NCBI GenBank assembly: GCA_965637545.1
Contig: OZ281494.1
Coordinates: 1,116,001-1,180,000, forward strand
Direction of reading: 5' to 3'
From: Phallusia mammillata
Taxonomy: Eukaryota
DNA length: 64,000 bases
The translations under genes were made by a program, and so were the position numbers. Position 1 is the first letter of the stretch. Every line of letters begins with the position of its first letter. This document shows, piece by piece, positions 1 through 11,000 of the stretch. The notes below the pieces were generated by a model. That model had not been told where the DNA came from and ran no database searches. It worked only from the letters and a program-made list of their open reading frames with translations.

Positions 1-3000
1 GGGGATTACCCGGTGTTGTTACTGTTGCATTGGATGTGATGTTTGTGTTGATTGAACCAGTAACAATCACTATGACCTGAAATCACAAACATACCTTTTG
101 TTTATGTACATGTTACGTTCCGGTTTCCGGAAAAGTTTATTAACGTTATTTTTCTGCTAAAACAGTGATTACTCAATTAACAAAAACACAGGCGACAGGC
201 TCTTACCTCAATGACATACGAAGTAGAGTGAGTGAGATCTTGTATTGTTGTGGAGTAGTCGAAATATGGAACAGAGACTGTTTGATTCAAACCGTCCACT
301 TGAATTTCAACCTGCATGTATATTGACATCAAATAACTGTTTAGCCACATACAAACTTGGTTTATACCTGAGCTGTTAGATTGTTGTTGTTGATGAATTG
401 ATCAAGTCCAGTCCAACTGACAAGCACAGTTGAAGCGTTGCATGGAAAAGTCTCGGCAGTCGTGTTTACTGTAATGCAAATAGGAAAGAAACATTGTGTC
501 AGGTTTTTAAAGTTTGTGTTTGCTAACATAGGTTGCTCGCTTCTTCGGAATTGTTCTTGCGAAACACTGGTATGAACTATGATTATTTTCCATACCTTCA
601 GTGCAACACTAAACCAAATTACGTTTGGTTTCTGCGACAATTTTTACCTTTAGGGTAACAACTTTGGGGGGGATTGCCCGGAGTTGTTACTGTCAGATTG
701 GATGTGATGTTTGTGTTGATTGAACCAGTGATAATTACTGTGACCTGAAATACTCAAATTACTTAAATGCATTCCGATAAAAAAGTAGTTGATTGTAAAT
801 AAAAGGTGTCCTGCAACTACTTCGATTAACTCAAATAGGAAAAAAGTGTTTTCACCTGAATTTCATAGAATGTTGAATACTCTAGATCTTCTATTAAAGT
901 CGAATTGTCAGAATATGGAACAGAGATTGTCTCACTTAAACTCTCGACTTGAATCACAACCTGTTTTAGTTTCGTTTTAAATGGTGGTTTAACAAACACA
1001 AACTCGGTTTAAACCTGCGCTGTTAGATTGTTTTCGTTGATGAATTGATCAAGTCCAGTCCAGCTGACAAGTACAGTTGAAGCGTTGCATGAAAATGTCT
1101 CTGCAGTCGCGTTTACTACAAAAAGGTGTTGTTAAAATTTAAAATTCAAATTTCACAGGTGACTTGTTTGCTTACATGGAGGATAGCAACTTGATGGGGG
1201 ATTTCCATACGTTGTTACTGATGTGGAAGTTGAGACGTTGGAGTTTAAACATCCAGTGAGCATTGTAGTAACCTGTTTTTATGTTTTCTAGTTAAGCTAT
1301 CTTTGTTTAAATATATTTGAAACTGTTTTCGTATCCGTTATTTCCTGGGTAAATTAGAAAACTACGTTGTAGTCCAATAACTTGATTCATATTTAAGCAT
1401 ACTATTTACAGGTTAGAACATTTTGTGCAAATATAATAGTTCAATAGCACTTGTCGAAGCGTAATCATGTTTTGTACAAAAATTCTGGCTCTGATTTTTT
1501 TTGTTATTGAACTGACCATTCATACTCCCCAATTAAATTTCAATAAATTGTGTTCAAATACTTTCAAACACACTTCACCTCAAAACTATATTGTGTTGCA
1601 AAACTTAGGTTTCCAATGGTTGTTGATAGATTTGCATACGGTGCCATAATTCTTCGGTTGAGCTCCAAAACATAAATCTCAACCTAAATACAACATTTAC
1701 AAAATGTTCAAATCGGGGATATTAGAAAAACGATTGCGGTTTTGCAACTCTACAGAACAGTGATTGTCGAAGGCCTCTGGATTGTGCCATTCTTCCTCAT
1801 AGCTGATGTACTATCTCCATTCTCGAAGATTTGTTTCAGTATTGAAGCGATATTTAAGAATAAATTAACATGTAGTTCCGAGTGCATTAAAATAGAGCAT
1901 TTGTTTATTCGCAGGAACTTGCTTTAGCCTCGCTTGACCCCTCCAAACACAGCTCCTATCGTAGTTGTGGACAAAACTTACGTAATTTAAATTGGGTAAA
2001 GAAAATGTCTTGACAGATCCGCTGGGTAGAGCTCTGTAGCGAATCTACATACCCGCGATTGTGCCTTTTTCTCGCATTATCCCTTTGATCGTGTTTGTCG
2101 CGCGTAAAGTCTTGTTCTTTTTTAATTTTGCCTATAAACAACGAACTCTCGCCATTGCGGTATATAATCTGTTACCTCTGCGAGTAGATCATAGCTTTCG
2201 ATGAACTGATCAAATCCAGTCCAATTGACCACCACAGTTGAAGCGTTGCATATATATTTATCCACAGTAGCTGTGACTTAAAAGTAAATCATCTGGTCAA
2301 ATGTCTATTTCGAAAGAAAATAAAATTAAATTTCAAAATTTCAAATTAGCTATAATATTACCAGGGAACATTGCAACTGTGTTTCAAATAAATCAAATCA
2401 ACTTAAACAGATTGTTTGAAGTTTACTCTCAATTTCGAATCAATTAACTACTTACATTTCACTTGACAAGCGTAGTAAGCTGGTTCCCCACTGCAGTTCA
2501 TGCTTGACTGCTCCCAGCCGATCCCATAATGCAATGCTCCCTGTTGGCAGGTTGTAACGTTGGGAACAGAAAAGTTTGCCGGAGATCCGTCGCTCCAATA
2601 CCAACCATTTAACGACTTGTTGTAACGAGCTCCAATTAGGACTTTAATGTCTGAAACCATTTTTGCGATGATTTTTAATGACACGAGCGACAGATTTTTA
2701 TGGTTGCAAGTTTTTGAAACCAAACGCTCACCTGGTGCCAGGAACGATCCTTTATAAGTTGTAAAGTTTTTGTACATTTCATTAACACTCCTCAACTTGC
2801 TTGAACGTAATTCAGTGTTATCATAATTGAATATATCTTTTTGGCGCTTGTTAATGTTAACATCGGAAAAGAAGGAATACTGAAACATCCACTCTGCAAA
2901 TAATTAGATAGCCTTATACAAGGTTTTGATTTGACTAAAAAGGAATAAATATGAAAAAAACGTGTACGTTGGTGTGATATATATAGCAAACTCGTGAAGA

Positions 3001-4403
3001 TTAAATGTGTAAAAACCGGTTGGTTTCATGGAATTTTTGACTGCCGAACTTTTATTCGATGCTTGACACAATGTCCACTTCACAATGCTGTTTGTCCTCC
3101 TGCTTTTGTTCTATTTTTGGTAACCACACAAGTGCTTATTAGCCCTGGTCACTTATATTAATGTAATAGTTCTATAGCTTTGTTACGGTCCTTAGCTACA
3201 AGATTCATTTTTGCGGTTGCCCAGTTACATTCCGCTACGTGGACATAATAGTCTTTTTTATTGTGCGTTGGTAAGGGTTCTTAAAAACGTAACGTTGGTG
3301 GTGTGATATACTAGCAAGTGTTTAGCGCCGAGCATTCATTCTATATTGTTATCCTATGGTACAATCGGATTTACTCCACGTTGAATTCTCAAACCTATTT
3401 CTGCTGGTGTGGATATTGCTCAGTTCTGAATCAATAAACGGTTCTACGGCAGGGGTCGGCAACCTTTTAGGCGACGCGTGCTTATTGACTTGTTATTTCA
3501 ATGTCTTAATGACCTCGCGTACCAACCTTTTTTCTATATAACAGTGGTTCGTGCCAGCTGATATCAACAATAAAAAGAAAGCAGAGCGTTTTGTGCATGT
3601 AATGCCAAATTTTAAAAGGCGAAAACCTTTATACTTACGGTGTATCACACAATCTTCTCCAATAGTTGCAATCCACCTCTCAGCATTAGGACCACTTCCA
3701 TAATTGCAAAAGTAAATTTGTTGCATGGTATTGTTAGGATTGCTATTTAACAAATTGCACGTTTTTATGGTTACAGATGTGTTAATGTTAAAATCTATTA
3801 CCTCTTATACAAGTCGAAATACCACAGATGTCCGAGTAATTCCGCACTATTCCAACCGTCTTCAGTCGAACTATTTGAGTACTTGTATCGTTCATGTTGG
3901 AACGTGTCGTAAAAAATATAAATTCTCTGCAAATCTGAAAAGATATTTGTTATTTATTTTTTCACAAATATTTCTAAAATAAAATGTGCAGCCATGAGTA
4001 AAGTCGTCTTTGCAATAATGATTTAAATCCTTTTTTGTGTCAAAATAAGTTTATTGTTAGATTTGTGGAATACAAGTTGGGGAAATAAACTATCATCAAC
4101 TTGAACCTGTTGTGTATTTGTCAGTCATGAGTTCAGTAAGAGTTGTGTTGATCTGTGGGTCATCAGTCATTGCAAGATTTCCACCCAGCAAAGAACATTT
4201 TTCCTGTGCAGTGTTTGCATCCACAAGATCGTCAGATAATATCAACACACTGTCCTTCACTGCTTGCATGGTTTTGTTACAATCTGACAAAAAATGAATG
4301 TTATAGCGTTGCTGTGATTGTTTACAGTATTCTACTTCTTACTTGCAGCTGATGACCATTGTGCAAGCAGCATCACGAAAAACGCCACAGTCCTGTTTAT
4401 CAT
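1..4403 (-). CDS. G9: CTLD-CTLD-FN3(>=3) receptor, 5' part only (3' end lies beyond the window start, cytoplasmic type unknown)
   Basis: Signal exon 4343-4403 ([20 protein letters not shown]). CTLD exons at ~4105-4283 ([14 protein letters not shown]), ~3797-3937, ~3630-3740, ~2730-2895 and ~2456-2655 ([19 protein letters not shown]...C...W...C..YYACQ). FN3 exon triplets start at ~2278, ~1118 and ~470 ([15 protein letters not shown] / STLIEDL.YSTFYEIQ / [26 protein letters not shown]). GT-AG junctions are in frame where I checked them. Confidence 0.8.
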
Positions 4404-5990
4404 GTTAAAAAAGTTCTGTGCTTCCAATGCTTCTTTATTCATGCAACAAACGTCTAATTGGAAATAAATGACACCATTTACTAGTTCAACTAGTTTAGCA
4501 AAACAGAACACACGAGACAGTTGCACCTGGCACATATCACCGTCCATGTGGCAACTCGAACTAAACTGAAAATTACTATTAACATTGGCATTAAACTGCT
4601 TTACGTCAAAATAAAACGTCAGTTATTTCGCCTATTTTGACGTAAGAAATATCTGGTGCAAATTAACTGACTGGTTTTAATGGTACACTACCATCAAGAC
4701 GCTCGTTATTGCGAAACCTCTCTGGCTAAACAAAAATCCAAACGAATATGACAAACTTGAATTTTTAGCTGTCAACGTACCGGTGCACCTACAGAAACGA
4801 AAGTAATTTGGCATTTTTCAATGTTCGCATTGACGTTGTCTGTTTACCGTCTTGTTTAATCGCGTGTGACCTATCGCAAACATTATGTTGGCGAGTGACA
4901 AATATTTACTGAACCTAAAAAAAACGGGTTCATTTCACTTTGCGACCTAAAAGCTCATCGTAATATGTGTTCGGGCTAACGTGTATTTCGTTATTCATTA
5001 GCATCAGATAAACAACCGTATAAGCAAGTCTGCGCACGACAGATTTTACTTTCCTTTTTACAAAATACTTTCCTTGTTGAAAGTCTACGAACATCACGTA
5101 TTAAGTAGCATGGATTAGATACAGAAACAATCATATGAAAACGATTCAACGTGAAACAGTCATTATTTTCTCTTTTTCAAAATAAGAATCAGCATTTAAA
5201 CGTGAACAAGAACAACCAAAAATGATCGAATATTTCAATACATTTTTCTTAACAACTTTACAAACTCCTGCTTAAAATATTTGCTATTTAATAGAAACTA
5301 TGCTTGTTACTCCTGGTATGAGTGCAGTTTGCTATGAGGATTAAAATTCGACATTGCTAAATCTTGCATAATTGATTTTTTATGATGTGAATTGATATGT
5401 AATGGTAATAAGAAAAAAAACCTTTCGCCTTACAGCAATTTTACACATGTTTTGACTTTGAACACCGCAGAGAAACGCAGGTGGTTTCTTATTCGGCCAT
5501 TGACGTTGCTTGATCATTGTCTGCTCCAACTTAGTTTGTTGGCTTTGTACAAACAATTTGCTGCTGGGTAATAGTTTTTTACCGCAGCCGTTACTGATTT
5601 TTGTTGAACTAGTGCTACATGGCTTTCAGCCTTTTATGCTCAATGTGTTTTAACGTAGTTAATGCGGCCTATTTTAATGCGGCATATTATTGTCACCAGC
5701 ATGCAGAGGTTGCTTATCATTTATTGCTTTAGTTCTTTTGTAACTTCACACTCCTGCTTATGATGCATACGTGGATACTCGAAACTTGATTACTCGTTTA
5801 AAGTGTGGTCCTGAGCGCTTTTTTCGTTTTAGGTTTTGCACCATTGCGAGGCAGCGATCATTTGTAAAAATGCAAAACCAAATGTTTTTGTTTGACTCGA
5901 ATCACAGATCACATGAAAAACAATAACTTCCCAAGCCACTCTAGACGGGTTCTTTGCTGCAGCCTAACTGAACCAATCTCCATGATAAAA
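2430..5990. repeat. Recent segmental duplicate of ~32960-36510 (G9 versus G5 5' region and upstream DNA)
   Basis: Near-identical by eye including introns. The ORF track gives near-identical translations (3356/33869, 3493/34006, 3725/34238, 4096/34609, 4332/34845). Confidence 0.9.
4560..5100 (-). promoter_or_regulatory. Conserved non-coding upstream block (candidate promoter) of MINRT-type genes; copies at ~16260-16800, ~35080-35620 and ~48560-49060
   Basis: The block stays alignable even in the divergent G4 copy, lies 150-700 bp 5' of the ATG, and contains inverted TGACGTAA sites (4601-4645). Confidence 0.5.
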
Positions 5991-8014
5991 TTGACAACAG
6001 CAGTTGGTTGTATTGTAACTAAATGTGTCATATATGTTTGCTAAAATAATAAAACTGTTTTCTGTTGTTTTTTTGCACAACCAATCTTTTAACACTTGAA
6101 TGACCTTGTTTGTATCAACTACAGTGCACCAAATGGCTTTAAATTGTATGTCAGTTCTACGATGTCATAGTTTTATATGACACACAAAAAAAATCTTTTT
6201 GTAACTATTGTTTTTGTACAGACTATACTGCTTTTGTTTTAAATCGACGACTAAACATATACGGCCATAAAAGCAAGTGAGTTTGCGCAAAGACAGACGC
6301 CAACTTTGTGTAAAAGTACAAAGGTTGGGTGACCACGAATTTTTAACAGTGCGTAAACACATCTCCTAAATCAGTCACTCGTGTTTGATAAGTGTGTAGA
6401 GGTAAGTAGTAAAGCACAGCACACTTGCATTGGCGTAAGAATTCACGTCACAATCCTCCCAGCAGGCACCTATACAAACCAATTCCTATTTTTTTAACCT
6501 AAATACTTCAGGTTATTACTAATTTTAGAGTGTTGTCAGTGCATGTTTTTTTGTCATGAGTATGATTGAAGTTGCAGTGTTGGACCAAAATGATTGTATA
6601 TGATGTCTTGTGAAACCTAAAGTTAGCTTCAATTGGTTACATTGTCAACGACAAGCGAAGCGTTAAAGTGGTTTAATATTAGATTCTCTTCTTTTAACAT
6701 TAACTCATCCAAATTTGGTTTTTGTTGGAGCAACAACGAAAAGTCTTCCACAATAAAAGTGGTTAAAGCTAAAAACATAAATCTAAAAGAAACTCAGCTC
6801 GCCAAAAAATTTTTCTTCGGCTGGTTTGGTGTCAAATTGAAAGCGGTTGAAAATCCCCATCAACCCAAAATTGGTCTTAAAATCCCCATCAACCCAGACT
6901 TGGACATGTAAGTGTAAAATAAAAGATAGAATAAGGCGAAAATAGTGACGGAGTTAAAAATATCCACTGATGCGAACAAAAAATCTGCAACCCACAACAA
7001 ACTATTTTATTTTTATTTCTGATTTACAAAAACACTTCTACTGATCAGTTATTTTCTACTTACATGAAGTTCTGACTTGTCAACAGAAAGAGACAACTTT
7101 AAAATGAAATAAACGTTATCTGCAATAAAGAATTGTGCGTTGCTAAAGTCATATTTGTCAAGCGCAGTTTAGGTTGTTCTTCCTACATCAAAACAAGCGA
7201 TAGTACACAGGTGATAGTCAAATTTGTAATAACCGAGATATATATTTTGCCTGCAAAGGCATCGTCGAAATCTGCAATCGCCAGGGAAAAATGAAGAGGG
7301 GCAGTTTCAAAAACAAAAAAGAAAAACATTGAATACATGTGGGGATTGGATCCAACACGTCACAGAAGCTATTGATTGTACCGAGAACAAGCCCATACAT
7401 CAGTCAGATATATAAAACGTAAGTTACCACATTATTTTTTGCCACATTATTGCCAAAAAACATCATGAATTTCCTAGGTTTTCATTTAAATTTGGTTATT
7501 TGGTTCGGTATCTTAGAATTGAACATGATCATTTGGCTTATAATATCAGTTTTAATGAAGCAGCTACCCGACAAAATTACCAGTGTTTTCAACAAATGCC
7601 ACAAAAAAATATTTTACTGTTTCTTAATTGAACAGAATCAAAACACTTATTTTAGCAGGTAAAAAAAACAAGTAGCACTGAAACTTGTTAAACAAAAAAA
7701 TACTTCAAAATTGGATACAAATTTCCAACAAACAATAGCCAACACTCAACATGTCTACATTGAACAATTCTGTAATGTCGTTGTCGTTGCGTAGTTCACT
7801 TATGACCTGAACAAATGTCAAAGCCTGAGAAATCGTTCACTGCCTCGAAGGAAATTATAACAAAAACAATACTGAATTGAGTACAGAAGTAACAACTTTG
7901 ACAATAACATGTGTAATTAACAAATGTTATAAAAATGAGACAAAAACTATCAACAAACGAAAAGCAAACGCTTGTTTCTTTATTTTCTTTAATGTCGTTG
8001 TCTTTCAGCGTGGA

Positions 8015-11000
8015 TCACTTGTAGTTTGAATAAGTGTCAAAGTCGGACAGATATTGCATGACGGCCGAGTAGCAGTATTTGTAGAGTTCCTGTAAAACCA
8101 TCAACATTGTATGAAGAGTCAGTCTTCATATCTCAATCTAAAGTAAAACGTTACCTTGTTGTCTACCATATTCGGTCTCATATCTCTCAGGTCTTTCACA
8201 GTTCGGAATACATCCACCCGCTTTTGTGTCTTCAAACGCTCAAAAATGTTCACCAGAGCGATGAACGTCCCAGTTCTTGTAGATCCGTTACTGAAAACAT
8301 GACAACATTATTTGATCTTCTTAACAGATGTATTATTTTCAGCAAGTTTTATTGGAGGTTTTTCGCATATCTTCGAATTAAAATATTCATGATTTTTAGT
8401 AGCACTTTTTGACAGGCCTATGGCACATTTTGCACGTTGGCTTAACAACAATAACGTTAGAAAATTAATAAGTTAATTGTTTTACCGAATCTCCAGAGTT
8501 TCTGTAAAATGCAAACAAAGCATTAACACATATTGGCAATTGTGTTTAGACTTCTGCCGTTGCATTTCCTCCTTAATTTTGATGAAATCCATTTTTTTCG
8601 GGGGTCGTTCCACATAACTCCATCCCTTGACTTGCAAAAGTATCAATTGCTGGGCAGTCTAAAAAAACAAATTTTCATTTTACCATGTTTAAAAAATATA
8701 TTACGAAACGTCTTTATATTTAAAAAAGTTGAATCATACTGTTACCAGATTCACCGTTTTGAAAGATTTTAGGCCTACATTTTTGTGTTCTAATGCACTC
8801 CAAAACATTCTAATACGTGTAAATTGTTGGGACATACTAGTGTGCAAAGAAAATTAGGTAATCAATAGAAATCCTCTTTAACTTTTTTCCACTTACGAAA
8901 GCGTTGGTTGCAGACTGGATGTTAACAGCTATCAGATTGTAAACGTTACGTTCAGTCACATCACGTACAGAAACCGAAATGTCTTCATATTGTAAAGCTG
9001 CATTTCTAATAACCTAAACGAGAAACAAATCAATAAAAAGATAATTAATAACGAGTTGGTTTTGAGCTATACTTCAATGCTGTTGTCGAAATCAACTATA
9101 ACCAACGCCTTTTTTTCCACAATCATCTTCCAGAAATTTTCCTTTTCTCCAGCAGCAGGGCTTCTTGCAGCAATAAAACATTCTGAAGATCCATGTTCCT
9201 GTGTACAATATAAACGTAAACTAAATTAAACTTAACTAAACTTGTGAATGACTTTATGAAACTAAAAAAAATACATTTAGCCAATGTTAAAGCCTGTAAA
9301 GCATTCATGCTGCCAAACCCTATGTGTAACAATCCTTGTTTAAACGCCTTAAAACCAATTATTATTAGATTATAGGTTTCTGAGAAAATGTTATCATTGC
9401 ATCAGCCAAGACAAGATGATATATATGGACAGATGGAAACTTAGTGGTTTCTTATATCACCTGAATATACGAAGCATCCAACTGTTGTAGAGTGTGACGT
9501 TGGTTGTCCCCAATTTTGACCAAAGTGTTCTTGTCTAAAAACAAAAGTTTGAGTGATAAGTTAAAATGTCAAACATTTTTCAATTATTTAGTTACATGTT
9601 CTCAGCTGTGGGTGACTTTCCTGCCATTCCTCACCAAATCTCCACAATGACAATGTCTTGAATTCTTGCTCTTGCATTTCCAAGCTGTAAACAAATTCTT
9701 CATTGTTGACTAAGGTTTTAATGATCATTCATTTACATTAAAAGCAAACAAAGACACTAAAAGAGAGACAGTGTTTGTGTACATCGCCAAGATAGCGCGT
9801 GTCGAAAGCTTTTAATCGATTTATAATTTGAAAAATTAAACAAATTGAACAGTCCTCTGCCATGTACCTACATTTAATGCATTAAACCTACAAATGCTCA
9901 CATTTCACTTGAAGTCATCGATTGTAGTTCGGTCACATCTCTATCTGTTTTCTCCAAATTCTCTCGCTCCATAAGCAGTTTGTAGACGAACATGTATTGT
10001 TTCTGTAGATACACAAGGTACGATAGACATGATACAATACACATTGTAATTGAAACGCCAGAGTATGAGTTATCAAAGATTACCGCATTTTGAATCATGT
10101 CTGTTCGGTTTTCTCTCATTCTCAACACGGTTCGTGGCACATCAACTGTTCCTTTGTCGTCAAGTTCATGAAACAAAGTGTCCATCGCTATGTAAGTACC
10201 TGTGCGGCCCACTCCAGCACTGCATACAAACATATGCTTTATTGATAGAACAAAACAACATAGGGTTTGTCAACGCTTTACCTGCAGTGCACAATGATTG
10301 GAGCATTTGTGTTTTGCAAATCATCGACCATGTTACGTAGGTGGATCATGTTGGATGTAGTTACTGGAATCCCATGATCGGGCCAAGTTGTAAACTGCAA
10401 CTGTGTTATGGTTCGTTGCTTCTAAGGATAAAACGCAATTGATCATGCTATTGAATGTTTCCAAAAATTTGGCGTGATAAATACGCTTGTCAAAAGGGTT
10501 TTATTACCAGACCAGGGATATATCTTAGTTTGTTTAACATTTACGTTTTTTTGGTTTACACATACTTTGTTTGAGGACAAAATTAATTGTCGTTGAACGA
10601 TTCCACCGATAGTCATTTCAAATTGACTTCTAACTTTCGACAGCAATTTAATTTCGGATTCAATGTCCGGTCAGTATTTTTCACATTTCGACTGCATGAA
10701 ACAAGTCAAAAAAGTTACAGTTTATTGAAAGTTAGAGATTGAAAATTAATTGTTAGCAAGCAGCTCTGTATTTTTGTCCGTGTAAAAACATGCCTAATCA
10801 AGAAATTTTTAACCGAAATGCGGTCCTGGTTTATACAATCAAACATCTCCGAGTTAATGAGGTTTTCCAAACATACTAACAAATGTATATTGACGTTAAA
10901 AGAAAAGCAAGTCCCAGAGTTAACCTTTCTTTTTTCCCTCAAGCCAGTTAGCATTACGATGATGTTGGAGTTTTCCTGCCAAACCATCAACCAGAAATCG

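Noticed and set aside
1956-2141. Repeated 60-aa ORF MFIGKIK(K/E)EQDFTRDKH... as a nested gene
   Set aside because: It starts at a non-ATG codon, is identical only among very recent duplicates, and its frame is not kept in the G4 homolog; retained only as a low-interest intronic island.
3448-3485. CAGGGGTCGGCAACC hAT-like terminus in the CTLD intron (also ~15135, ~21860, ~33965)
   Set aside because: No matching opposite terminus or TSD found; at most an old relic.
4445-4475. Acceptor-like tttatttccaattag ~50 nt upstream of the ATG as an SL trans-splice site
   Set aside because: It cannot be distinguished from a 5' UTR intron acceptor or chance without 5' cDNA data, and it is absent in G8.
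6850-6896. 18-bp direct repeat aaaatccccatcaaccca x2
   Set aside because: Only two copies and no associated structure; likely slippage.
7740-7815. Short duplicate resembling the PTP stop / 3' UTR region
   Set aside because: Too short and degenerate to model as an exon.
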